Positions 13,470 through 25,828 of a stretch of 64,000 nt of DNA are shown here, piece after piece (position 1 is the first letter of the stretch; each line of letters begins with the position of its first letter). The notes beneath the pieces were generated by a model. That model was not told the DNA's origin. It saw only the letters and a list, made by a program, of their open reading frames with translations, and did no database searches. The position numbers and the translations under genes were made by a program. This stretch comes from Eledone cirrhosa (taxonomy: Eukaryota), in contig OZ024744.1 in NCBI GenBank assembly GCA_964016885.1, positions 37,634,001 through 37,698,000 on the forward strand. Reading direction: 5' to 3'.

Positions 13470-13665
13470 TTAGATGCAACATTTTTGGAATGTTTTACAT
13501 ATTTTTACTGTTCCATTAATGGATTGTACTTGTAATTTCCTAACTAGTTGTGCTCTATCTGTTCCTGTGAAGCCCAGCTTCTCAAGATTTGTATTGAGGC
13601 AGTTACTAATATATATCACTGCCTCAATAAACACAGGTATAAATCTGAAGGTATAATCAGGGTGG
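13470..13665 (-). mobile_element. 3' fragment of a related R4-like RLE element in (CATA)n-type repeats
   Basis: YTFRFIPVFI...KLQVQSINGTVKICKTF resembles the C-terminus encoded at 16445-16753. Confidence 0.65.
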
Positions 13666-13983
13666 AGTATCATGCATGTATGTATGTATATGTATGTTTC
13701 TTTTTAGATGTGTGTATGTTGAACTTCCACCAGGAAATCTTTCCTATCATTGAAATTTTCTTGATTTCTTGCTACTGTACTACAATCTTCTTACACCATC
13801 TTCTTCTTCCCACCCGTCTATTTTTAACTCCCACCTTAATACCTTCTATATGCCTATTCTCAAATCATTTCTTCGCCAGCTCCATTCTACTCTCAACATG
13901 AATGGACCTGTTTTTTTTATCTAAAAATATTATTTCCAATTACAACCCGCCCGCCCCCACAATCTATCTTATTTCTCATTCTT

Positions 13984-14018
13984 TCTTCTGATGAAGACTA
14001 GCGTCAGAAACGTTAAGA
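13984..14018 (+). ncRNA. Minimal hammerhead motif, same family as 2058
   Basis: tctt-CTGATGA-a-GAC-tagc-GTC-a-GAAACGTTA-aga. Confidence 0.6.
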
Positions 14019-14107
14019 CCCTCTTGCTGCTATTTCAAGCGTTAACCTAATATATCCCTTCCATATACTGTACCGATTGTGTTGTTATTTCTGTTTACCT
14101 TTTACAT

Positions 14108-14194
<87 letters not shown>

Positions 14195-14523
14195 CCTGTG
14201 TGAATGGTTATATATATGCACATATAATATGTGTGTATGTTTATATATCTGTGTTCGTGTATGTACGTGTATGTGTGTGTTCGTGTATGTTTGTGTGTGG
14301 AAAGGGAGATAAATATTTAATGACCATGACAAGAATACTGTTGTTTTGTGTAAGGTCTTGTAATCAGTCAAACGAAGAATATATTAATTTAATTTTAGAG
14401 ATATTTGATATGAAATTATAATAAAATGGCTGAAAGGCAATGACATGAAAATATATATGAACATTTAAATAAGTAAATATAGATAATATTATCTTCGGTA
14501 AACATACATACATGCATACATAC

Positions 14524-16110
14524 ATGATGGCTGCCCCCTCGTTATCGAGTATGGCCATTGCACGAGGAGAAAAAAAAAAATTAATAGATGAATAGAAAAT
14601 AAAATAAAATAAAAAATAAATAAATATATATATATATATATACACACATACATATACATATATACACACGTATATATATACATACACACATATACATTAA
14701 TAACAATAATAATAATAATAATAACAACAATAATAATATACATATACATATATATACATACGCGCGCACACATAAACATATCTATACACACACACACGAT
14801 AGCAACTAACAGCGCTGCGATCGAATGTGGCTTTTTAGCCCAGCCAATGATCTAAAATGTCTTGCACAGAGTCGCAAACCAAAACATTCAGTGGGAATAG
14901 CTGGCTGTGGTTGGAGTTCATGTACTTTTGCATGTCGCTTGAGCCCTCCTGCTGATTTACATTCTCTACCACATGTTTGGCAAGCATAATGAGTAGAATC
15001 TCCAACAGCAGCCTGGTAGTCAACCACTGGTCTTACTTTGTGACTACGAAGATGACTTTCGAGTCCAGCTTTGCTTAGGCAGAGTCTCGCACAGACGCTC
15101 CATGTCAGCACCATAGCAGGACCCTCGCCGTCTGGAAGTGCAACAGCAATGCCCTTCCTCACATCCCGCTTTACTTTCTCGTATGCGATTCGAGATGCCT
15201 CAAATGCAACTTTTCCCTCATATACAGTCTTTCTCCATTTATTACGATCAGCAGCAATATTTTCCCATGTATCAGCAGAGTGTTAGCGTCTTTCAAAGAG
15301 GCTTTCAAGGAATCCTTATACCTCTTTTTTGGTTTATGTGGCGGTCATTTTCCTTTAACCAACTCTCCATAAAAGAGTTGTTTTGGTATTCTAGAATCCT
15401 TCATCCTGGCAAGGTGACCACTCCAACGGAGTCGTTGCTTAAGCACAAGAGCTTCTATACTGTCACACATAGAGCTTTCCAAATCTCGACATCACTGATG
15501 TGGTCCCTCCTGTGAACGCCATGGATCCGTCTGAGACACATCTGATGGAAACGCTCCAATTGCTTAAGGTGGTGTCGATATGTGACCCAGGTCTCGCAGG
15601 CATAAAGAAGAAGACAAGAGAGCACAAATGCCTTGTACACCTTTACCTTTGTCCTCCTGCATATGTCTCGCCGACCCCAGAGTCGCCTTTCTAGCTTTCC
15701 GAAAGCATCACTTGCTTTCCTAATCCTGAGTGGGATTTCACTGTCAAGGTTGCTGTATCGATTGACAGTGCTTCCCAGGTAGACAAACTGATCAACCACT
15801 CCAAGTCGTTTACCATACACATAGATATTTGGTTCAATGTACTGCTTACCAGGGGCAGGTTGGTACATGACTACGGTTTTCTTGAGACTGACAGTCAATC
15901 CCATGGCAGTGCAAGCGTCAGAAAATGCATTTAAAATGTGCTGCATATCATTCTCTGTGTGCGCTACAAGATCGCAATCATCTGCATACAAGAGGTCTCT
16001 TATGATTGATGTAAATACTTCTGTCTTTGCAGCAAAGCGCCTGATGTTAAATATGCTGCCTCAGGTTCGATATCGGATGTAAACACCATGCTCGCAATTC
16101 CTGAATGCAA
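14524..16110 (-). mobile_element. 5'-truncated RTE (BovB-like) LINE with C-terminal C2H2 zinc fingers and a (TATG)n tail
   Basis: LYADDCDL, FVYLGS and LYACETW motifs. The C-terminus has CQTCGRECKSAGGLKRHAKVH plus two degenerate fingers. A 3' stem-loop lies at 14524-14560. Confidence 0.85.
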
Positions 16111-16322
16111 TACAGAAAACCATTGCAAAGTATATGTACATACATACATGCATACATACATGTATGCATACAAAGTATGCATACATACATACATGCATAC
16201 ACACACATATACATACATACAGACTTGCGTACATTGACACATACATACAAACATACATACATACATACATACATACATACATACATACATACATACATAC
16301 ATACATACATACATACATACAT

Positions 16323-16760
16323 AGAATATATACAAAGAATATATTGAGACAGATGGCACTAAGGAATGCTGGTGGAACCTGAAAATAAAAACTGCCACCA
16401 AATTAAAGCACAACCGGCCTGATATTGTAGTTTGGGACCACACATTGAAAACGTGTTCTGTTGTGGAGATCAGCTGCCCACTTGATGTAAACGTTGTCAG
16501 AAAAATACAGGAGAAGGAGGACATCTACGGACCATTGATGAGGAGTTTACAAATCCAGTATCCAAGATACACCTTTAGCTTCATACCCATCATTATTGGA
16601 ACTACGGGTTATATACCAACCCGTTTGGACCAAAGTATGACTGAACTTGGATTTCCGGACAAAGAGCGCAGCTCCCTAATTCATGGTCTACAAATGGCTG
16701 CGATAGTTGGCACCTTCAAAATTTGCAAAACATTCTTGCGATTCAAGGGATGACAATTTC
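16323..16760 (+). mobile_element. 3' fragment of the (CATA)n R4-like element
   Basis: Near-identical to 9750-10170 and begins directly after a long (CATA)n tract. Confidence 0.85.
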
Positions 16761-17290
16761 TTAATTCTATCATGCAATGCCTGTGCATGAAGATATTTTT
16801 TTAAAGTGGGGAAAGACTGCACTGAGCCAATCCCACTCTCTGAGCGACAGTAGCTATAACCCGAAAAGAAGAAAAGATCAACATCATCGGTAACTACTGA
16901 GCCGCATGTTTTATATCGGAGTTTTCCCAGTTTCCTGAGTTGCCTTCTCCTAGAAGAATGCCTTGACAAAGGCTAGGGGTCCTTTAGTACCAGCCCGACT
17001 ATTTCTATGTCCCCGTGCATATACATACACATGCACCCATGCATATACACATATACATATGTACATGTGTATATACATATTTACACACCATTGGATGGCA
17101 GTTGACTCTTATGAGTTCTTCCGCCCTTTGGCAGGTTTTGTTTTTTGTCCTGCAGGGTGTCCAAAATCACCCTCCTCACCAAGAAAACTTGGTGGGGTTG
17201 CCAGTTTAGTCGCCGTCGACCCGACCATGCGACAGGTTGAACTGGGTTACATGTTACCAGTAACACTAAAAAGTGACCCGACATAACATG
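16761..17290 (-). mobile_element. RTE-derived non-autonomous element(s), 5'-leader part
   Basis: 16765-17015 matches 42428-42705 and 17090-17245 matches 38955-39108. Confidence 0.7.
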
Positions 17291-17574
17291 TATGTTTGTA
17301 TATATGTATGTATGTATGTATACATACACGTATATATATATATATACATACATACATACATACATATATATATACATACATACACACACACAGATACATA
17401 CATACATAGACATACACAGATTCATACCTACAAACATACATATATACATACATAAATACGTGCATACATACACACATACATACATAACTACATGTATACA
17501 TATTACATGTATATGAATGAAAAAGCAACTCCTAATACGCAGAAAATAATCAAACACAGTCACAAGCGTGCACC

Positions 17575-17618
<44 letters not shown>

Positions 17619-17759
17619 AATATGCCCATGCACATACTAACGTGCACATGCACACACATATATACACACAAATATCCTCGTTCGTCATGAGAAACACACT
17701 TTTACCTGAATATTTCTCATATTGAAACCGAACGACCAAAAACAAGGGCTGCAGTAACA

Positions 17760-18897
17760 ACTACAACAAAAACAATGACGACCACAGAAATACCACCAAT
17801 AACTGCAACAACAACAACAACAACAACAATAACATCTACAACAACAATAATAGTAAACATACCAACAGCAATAACAACAACAACAACATAATCAGCAACA
17901 TTAACATCACAACAATAGCAATAACCACACCAACAACAATAACAACAATAACAATCACAACATTAACCACACCACCAACAAACATTGCAACAACAACACC
18001 CACAACAACAACAACAATAACCACAAGAACAATAACATCTACTACAACTACAATAATATCCACAACAACAACAATAACAACAACATCAACAACACCAGCC
18101 ACATCAACAATAACACCGAAAACAACAGTAACGCCAGCAACAGTCATAACAACAATAACAACTACAATAACAACAGCCACAACAACCACAACAACACCAA
18201 CAACTACAACAACCACAACAACATCAACACCGCCAACAACAACAACCACAACAATACCAGCAACAACAACAACTAAAATAACAACCACAACAACCACAAC
18301 ACCAACAGCACCAACAACAACAACACCAACAACAACCACAACAACACCAGCAACAACAACAATAACTACTACAAGAACAACAACAACAATAACTACAACA
18401 ACAACAACAACAATAACTACAACAACAACAACAACTACAACAAACACAACAACCACAACAACCACAACAACCACAACAACATCAACACCGCCAACAACAA
18501 CAACCACAACAATACCAGCAACAACAACAACTAAAATAACAACCACAACAACCACAACACCAACAGCACCAACAACAACAACAACAACAACAACCACAAC
18601 AACACCAGCAACAACAACAATAACTACTACAAGAACAACAACAACAATAACTACAACAACAACAACAACAATAACTACAACAACAACAACAACTACAACA
18701 AACACAACAACCACAACAACCACAACAACCACAACAACATCAACACCGCCAACAACAACAACCACAACAATACCAGCAACAACAACAACTAAAATAACAA
18801 CCACAACAACCACAACACCAACAGCACCAACAGCACCAACAACAACAACAACCACAACAACACCACCAACAACAACAACTAAAACAACAACCACAAC

Positions 18898-18929
<32 letters not shown>

Positions 18930-19050
18930 CCACAACACCAAGAACAGCCACAACAACAACAACAACCACAACAACACCAAGAACAACAATAACAACCACA
19001 ACAACCACAACAACCACATCAACAACACCAACAACAATTACAACAAAACG
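17760..19050. repeat. (AAC)-rich tract with an approximately 258-bp higher-order repeat
   Basis: The landmark catcaacaccgccaac recurs at about 18222, 18479 and 18738. Confidence 0.85.
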
Positions 19051-19059
19051 TATTAACAA

Positions 19060-19252
19060 TAATTGTTTCTACTTTTCGCACAAGGCCAGCAATTATCACA
19101 GTCCATTACTGGTACTTTATTTTATCGACTCCGTAAGGATGAAAGGCAAAGTTAACCTCGGCGGGATTTGAACTCAGAATGGCAAGGACCGTAACTCTAT
19201 ATGTCAAAGCATGGCATCCGACCCTCTACCGACTCTGCCAATCCACCGCCCT
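19060..19252 (-). mobile_element. tRNA-derived SINE (Meta-like family), full length
   Basis: Runs from the head gggcggtggattggcagag to the tail gtagaaacaattatt. Confidence 0.85.
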
Positions 19253-19515
19253 ATTAACGATAGCGATAGTCATTTGTCGTTATAAACCAAAAGAATGACA
19301 TCTTAATTAGTTGCGTAAGATTTAAACCAATAAGATTTTTCGATTGTTATGAGATCAATATTAATTTATTCGCTATTAATTTGAAAACTCTTAGTAGAGT
19401 CCTATAAGATCATTATAATTATTTAGTTATATATATTTATCTTTCTTTATGTACTCTTACGTTGTTTGTTGTTGCTGTTTGTTTGTGTTTTGTTTGTTCT
19501 ATTGTATTATTATTA

Positions 19516-19675
19516 TCATGCTTTCCAGCATAGTGACGTTCCTTTATGGTCTGAATTCAAATCCCGCCGAGGCTCACTTTGCCTTTCATCCTTACGGGGT
19601 TGATAAAATAAAGTACCAGTAATACACTGGTGTGATTGTTGCCCTTGTGCCAAAAGTAGAAACATATTATTATTA
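19516..19675 (+). mobile_element. tRNA-derived SINE (Meta-like family), 5'-truncated
   Basis: Matches the family consensus. Confidence 0.8.
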
Positions 19676-19679
19676 ATGT

Positions 19680-20250
19680 TATACAGCTTATGGCCATGGT
19701 GAAAGAGGTTGTATGGTGGACACGCTTGACAGGTTTGAAGACGAATACTTTCCTCTTTTGAGAAGCCCTGATTAACTTCTTCAGATTCTACTTGAGGAGG
19801 AAAATAAGGGTTGAGAGAGAAGTGCCGCCTTCAAAGCAATTTGTTGAAAGGTGGGTGAGAGAAATGAGCATGGCCCGAGTGAATGGGTCCGCTCTGAGTT
19901 TAAGCCTGTAGGTTGAAGGAGTACAATTAGGACGGGGCACTTGCCCTAAAGATCAGAGCATCCGTGGTTTTATAGGGTTTTCCATGAATTAGCCTCGAAC
20001 GTCTCCTTCCTTCTTAGTTTTAATTTTATCTTTTTCTATTATCTTTAACATTGTTGAATTTGTTTACACGCATAACCCCCCCCCCCCCCTCCACACACAC
20101 AAACACACATGCACACACACACTCTCTCTCTCTCTCACTCTCTCTCTCTCTCTCTCTCTCTCATTTCGTCCTGTATTGTCATAATGTTTTTTCTTGATGT
20201 AAACCCTTTGTAGTTAATAAAGAAATTATTTTTATTATTGTTATTATTAC
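19680..20250 (+). mobile_element. 3' fragment of a Tx1/L1-clade LINE with AATAAA and an (ATT)n-like tail
   Basis: Encodes KEVVWWTRLTGLKTNTFLF..LINFFRFYLRRKIRVE, homologous to the ORF2 end at about 44570-44800. Confidence 0.75.
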
Positions 20251-20302
20251 TTTATTTTTCTAAACTGTCTCTAATTCAGATTTGGAAAATTATACATGCA
20301 GG

Positions 20303-20348
<46 letters not shown>

Positions 20349-20431
20349 AAAGTTCTATTTAAAGTTGTTAGGATACAACAAGTAAATATTTTTATAACTG
20401 ATATAAAGCACTCGACAAATTTTTGGAGTAG

Positions 20432-20772
20432 ATATACGATATTAATAAATGTAAACTATATTTATAAAACCATATTTATTTCATTATACATATTTCAGGG
20501 ATACCATATTAAATTATGGTATGCCTTCATCAGACAAAATACAATATATAACAGTTTTACAAATAGGTTTGACGTACCCTTTAAAATACAACCAAAAGAC
20601 AGCCTCCAAAAGTAATGGTTGTATTTTAAAGGGTACGTCAAACCTATTTGTAAAACTGTTATATATTGTATTTTGTCTGATGAAGGCATACCATAATTTA
20701 ATGTGGTATCCCTGAAATATGTATAATGAAATAAATATGGTTTTATAAATATAGTTTCCATTTATTAATATC

Positions 20773-20778
<6 letters not shown>
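20432..20778. repeat. 163-bp-arm palindrome with 21-nt spacer (inverted Penelope-like terminal repeat)
   Basis: Arms 20432-20594 and 20616-20778 differ at about 2 positions. The right arm runs into (TA)n. Confidence 0.9.
20671..20731 (+). ncRNA. Hammerhead motif in the right palindrome arm (mirror copy at 20479-20539, minus strand)
   Basis: ttttgt-CTGATGA-AGGCATACCATA-atttaa-TGTGGTATCCCT-GAAA-TATGTATA-atgaaa. Confidence 0.65.
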
Positions 20779-20842
<64 letters not shown>

Positions 20843-21078
20843 CTTCATTCCAAGGAAATCATCTGGAAAGCCCTGATGATTTCCTTGGAATTAAACCATT
20901 CTAGTCCTGTAGAAGCCATTTCTATATTAAATATTTATATTCTGCAATGTGTTGAGTACCTTACTTACAGTGGTTACCCCCGATTGAACCCGAGATACGC
21001 ACGCACACACACACAACAACAACAACAACACACACACACATATATATATATATACATATGTATATATATGCAATGATA

Positions 21079-21145
<67 letters not shown>

Positions 21146-21264
21146 CATCATTGCCGATAGCGATTTTAAGACGCATCCAATCACATACTAGTCAATGAAA
21201 CATATGTTAATGCTTGGAATAAACACTACTGTATTGCTTATCCGAGTTATTCTTCATTCATTCG

Positions 21265-21319
<55 letters not shown>

Positions 21320-21671
21320 TCGGCCTGAGCCTGTGGTAAAAGACACTTGCCGGGCTGTGGATTCTGAGCCGAAACCTAATGATTGCAAAATGATTCGCTT
21401 GTCGTGTGTTGAAGCTAAAATAAGAACAATTTTACACATATAAAACAAATAAATATAATGTCGAGCAAAGGAAAAACTCTCTATGTAGTCATTAGACAGC
21501 TAGAAATAGATGCTAACTTTACCTTATATACAGCCAAGAATTCTCCATCAAATATTCTCTTGCATGTTTATTAAATTATATTTCGACAATTGCACAAACA
21601 AACATTAATTGACTTACAAAGTACAAGGAAAGTTAAAATGTTAAACTATACTCGGTACAATACAAATAACA

Positions 21672-21852
21672 ATAATTGTTTCTACTTTTCGCACAAGGCC
21701 AGCAATTACCCAGTACATTACTGGTACTTTATTTTATCGACCCGGTAAGGATGAAAGGCAAAGTTTACCTCGTCGGGATTTGAACTCAGACCGTAAAGGG
21801 GCGTAATTATGCTGGAAAGCATGGCGTTCAACCCTCTACCGATACTGCCAAT
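21672..21852 (-). mobile_element. tRNA-derived SINE (Meta-like family)
   Basis: Matches the family consensus. Confidence 0.8.
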
Positions 21853-21885
21853 TCATAACAATAATAATACTTTATAACTCTAAAT

Positions 21886-22103
21886 AATAGTTTCTGCTAT
21901 ATGCAGAAGGCCAACAATTTTGGGGGGGGAGAAAGTCGATTAAATCAACCCCAGTGCATTACTGGTGCTTTATTTTATCAACCCCGCAAGGATAAAAGGC
22001 AAAGTTAACCTCGACGGGATTTGAAATTACACCATAAAGGGCCGTAACTCTGTACTTAAAGCATATGTCCGACGCTCCACCGTTACTGCCAATCCACTGC
22101 CCT
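21886..22103 (-). mobile_element. tRNA-derived SINE (Meta-like family, longer subtype)
   Basis: Family match with an extra gatttaatcgacttt segment, as at 2395. Confidence 0.8.
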
Positions 22104-23599
22104 AAATAATAGTAACTTTTTTGATGCTATTCAACTATTCTTCGTAGTTGAAATATGTGAGCTATTATTATAGTTATGAAGTGTTTAGCTACGTTCTTTT
22201 AAACAAACTCACTCGGATTATCTTTGCTTTTCATAATACCGCATAGAATAAGTACTGAGATTGATATAATCTCCCATAAATGTCATGAAAACCGTTATAG
22301 CTCTGTGCTAATGCTACAAAAGAAATAGTTATGTACTATAAAGTAAATACTTTTAAGATATGCAAGATCTTCTAAGATATGCGAGGCCAGCTGAAGCTAC
22401 AAAGGTGTGTGCTGTAATAACAGTAACTACAAACTGTCAGTCAGCCACAACCTGGTGCGTTCGACTGCCAGCCTAGGCTTCGCTGTCCACCAGGCCAAAT
22501 AGAGCAAACTATCCAAGTATCGGCTGCTCTCTGAAATGATTGTAGGTGAACCTGTAGCAGTGCAGGCTTCTAGTGTTCTTGGCCCGCCGGACCACATTCG
22601 CGCTCACTGTCCGCATGTGTGAGTCCCGCGTGTTGGAATGACTGTTCCAGGGCGTCTTCCTAGCCGTCGTCCGGGTCAATGTCTTCCACATTCTGACGGC
22701 CGGGACCAAGACACGGACTACATATTAAAGCAATATTATAGTGGTAGGTTTCAGACTTAAGGGTTAATAATGCTGACAGACACACACAGGCTCATATCAA
22801 CAATTGCCGTCATATATTTAAGTGCTCAAAATAAGAAACTTATTGTGGGAAAGGTCGTAGATAAATGACAAATATTTTAAAAATAAATATAAAATAAATT
22901 TACACAATGCTTAGAGGCGTCCTTATCTTTGCCTTTCATCGTCTCGTGTTTGATAAAATAAAGTACCTGAAAAGTACTAGCATCGAAATGTATTTGTTTA
23001 ATGTATTACAGTTGTGTTTGGAACTGCAGACATCAAAACGTAAAAGTGGATTATATGATGGTACTTTTTTAATGAAATTGCACCCGTGAATATCCACCGA
23101 CATTTTGACTGTGACCATACGGACATTTTATAGTATTTTAACTGTACCCTTCCTACAGATTTACCAGGATTCTCATTCTACAAAATGACCATCAATTCAG
23201 TGTATTATTTCCCAGGCCTTGCCTGAGATCTTTCTAGTATGTAATTAACATGAATGTAGGTTCGTATGGGAGTGTCGGCCACATGAGACAATGGCGTCGT
23301 TTGATAAAGCAGGAAAGTAGTAGAATGGAGTAAAAGCCAAACTCGCTTACTTATATTCATGAACTTTAGGTAATAACTTAACCCTTAGTATTTAAACCGG
23401 TCGTATCCGGCCAGGATTCATTCTCTCATCTATTTCTGTTCAAACCGGCTGTAACCGACCACTCATAAGATGTTAAGGTATTGTTCTCAAAATAAATAAT
23501 ATCAAATCTCATAGATTTGATATTATGTGAGATAAAGCCTTTATTATGAAAATATAATAGTAAATCTAAACTAATGTAAATGAAATGGGAACAGGCTAA

Positions 23600-23975
23600 A
23601 GAATACGATTAGGAGTAGAAATGGCTGAAATGAGGTACCTCCGAGGAGTCTTTGGAGCAACTTTACTTGTTAGTGTGTGTAGCGCGGAGATCAGGGAGTC
23701 GTTCCAGAACTGGTTTTACAAACGTCGCCCGGCTAGAGTCCTAGAGGTTGACCACGACCAAGATGGTTGGATAACATGTATACTCATGGTTGGTCTTTCT
23801 TGGAAATCCAGTCAGATGAATTGGAAACAGTTGCTTTTGACAGGACACGCTGGAAGGAGTGCTTGAGTGCTCTTCCCCGGCGACACTCTCAGGCAAGAGT
23901 GGACAACGAAGAAGAAGAAGAAGAAGAAGAAGAAGAAGAAGAAGAAGAAGAAGAAGAAGAAGAAGAAGAAGAAGA
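23600..23975 (+). mobile_element. Degenerate RTE 3' fragment with a (GAA)n tail
   Basis: AEMRYLRGVFG...RPRWLDN...AFDRTRWK followed by (GAA)n. Confidence 0.65.
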
Positions 23976-24310
23976 GGGGGGGGGGGTAGTAGAAGAAGAA
24001 GGAGAGTGTACCTAACTAGTATTCTACAAGTTTAATAATTATTAATTCGCAGCTTGTATATGAACATTGCGAAATGTCTACATCTCTGCATAAATATCTA
24101 CAGAAACACACACACATCTACACACATGAACACACATACCTCCCCACACACACAAACATGCTCCCCGACCCACTCAGATGCACATGCACCTATATACAAA
24201 CACATTGTATAACGAAAGAGTTACTTTGCGCTGATCATCCCGTTAGAAATGTTGTTGTTGTTGCTGTTGTTGTTGTTGTTGTTGTTGTTGTTCTTGTTGT
24301 TGTCGTCGTC

Positions 24311-24690
24311 CTTCTTCTTCTTCTTCTTCTTCTTCTTCTTCTTCTTCTTCTTCTTCTTCTTCTTCTTCTTCTTCTTCTTCTTCTTCTTCTTCTTCTTCTT
24401 CTTCTTCTTCTTCTTCTTCTTCTGCTTCTTTGCCCACTTATTACTGAGAGGGTCACGGGGACAGATTCCTTCCAGCGCGCTCTGTAATAAGCAACCGTCT
24501 CCAACTGATCTGGCTGGTTCCCAAAGCGTGATCAGCCAAGCTCATGGATGTTATCCAACCATCTTGGTCGGAGTTTACCCCTGGGTCTCCTGCCAGTTGG
24601 TTTAGCCCATAAAATCTGTCCAGTGGTTCTTTCCTAACCCCTTGCTCATAGTATCGGAGCTGTGATCTCTCAATTCGGAGAAGTAGTGGC
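24311..24690 (-). mobile_element. Degenerate RTE 3' fragment with a (GAA)n tail
   Basis: Minus strand encodes ILWAKPTGRRPRGKLRPRWLDNI...LETVAYYRARWK, then (GAA)n. Confidence 0.7.
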
Positions 24691-24910
24691 TCTACCTAGA
24701 CAATTTATTTTCAAATCTCACCATAGTGTTTTTTAAATTAATAAACTACATTTGATAATGCAGGATGTAGACTTTTTTTTAATTAAAAAAAGGTGGTATA
24801 GACACAGGTGGAATAACAACCATCACGTAAACAAACGTGAGTTGAAGGAAACAATGAGAAAAATGAGTGAGGATGAATGGATTTCCAATAAAGGTGATGA
24901 GGTTCAAATA

Positions 24911-25093
24911 TACATAGGCTGACCAAGATACTCTCATGGTATGACCAAATGAGGTTTATTTTTCAACATAATTCCTAGAAAGAAACAATGCAAGTTATTA
25001 ATAAGAAGAATTCAAATTACTGAATGCAAGATTTTACAGCTCTAGCATCATTCCTTCATAGACAGTCTATTAACTTCTCAGGTGACCCTCGTA
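24911..25093. mobile_element. Possible mariner-type MITE remnant
   Basis: The right end tctcaggtgaccctcg|TA resembles a TA-CGAGGG mariner TIR. The left end is degenerate. Confidence 0.3.
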
Positions 25094-25828
25094 TGTCAAA
25101 TACATCTAAGGATTGGTAGAATTATTTGAGTATCGGACAAAATACACGTGGTATTTCTTTCCGTCTCTATATGTTCTGAATTAAAATTGTTGCTGAGATG
25201 AAAATCAACCTAGAGACCGATAAAATAAATTAACAGCCCAGTATTCGGATCGATTAAAATATTTTCATATGGCATCAAAGATGTAAATGGAATTATAATA
25301 TAAGAATTATTATTGATGTGTAGTATTGGATTTTTATTTTTAATAATATGATTTTCATGTTTAAAATTTATCACAGATTTTATTAAATTAACCTGTCTTA
25401 ATTTGAATCTAATGTACTAGTAGAATTGTCATTTTGCTGTATTTTGAATTATTTGGCATTAATTTTATTAATATTACATTAATTTTACATTCTTTTCTTT
25501 CTTTTCTTTCTTTTCTTTCTCTCTTTTTACAGGTGAGTGTTTCCATCAGATTTTCAATTCATTTTTATATTTACATGTTTTGGATACCGAAGTTGTTGTA
25601 TTTTTATATCCTTTACAGCAAGGTAATATATAATGGTTCACCATTACAATTATTTAATACTATTCTACAATTATTTAATACTATTCTTGTCGTTTTGTCC
25701 CCCTTTATTGTTTTGTTTTTATTATTTTACTGTATAACTGAAAATAATCTGTGAGTTTTCATACATTCATTGATTTTCGTTTCATATCGTTTTTAAAATG
25801 TATTCCTCGCATTTATTTATTAAATTAT

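Noticed and set aside
17190-17285. HDV-like ribozyme in the RTE leader (minus strand)
   Set aside because: P2-like and P4-like stems and a CUAA are present, but I could not build P1, P3 or P1.1. Kept only as a structured leader.
17836-19059. 407-aa poly-Val ORF
   Set aside because: Antisense reading of an (AAC)n tract.
19160-19252. tRNA gene
   Set aside because: The A and B boxes belong to a multi-copy SINE head and there is no cloverleaf.
22420-22767. GC-rich segment with a 66-aa ORF ending near AGGG|TTAA
   Set aside because: No recognisable protein or splice signals. It may be a piggyBac-like end (compare TTAA|CCCT at 23378), but no matching partner end was found.
23767-24605. Poly-Glu, poly-Leu and poly-Arg ORFs
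   Set aside because: They are the (GAA)n/(CTT)n tails of RTE fragments.
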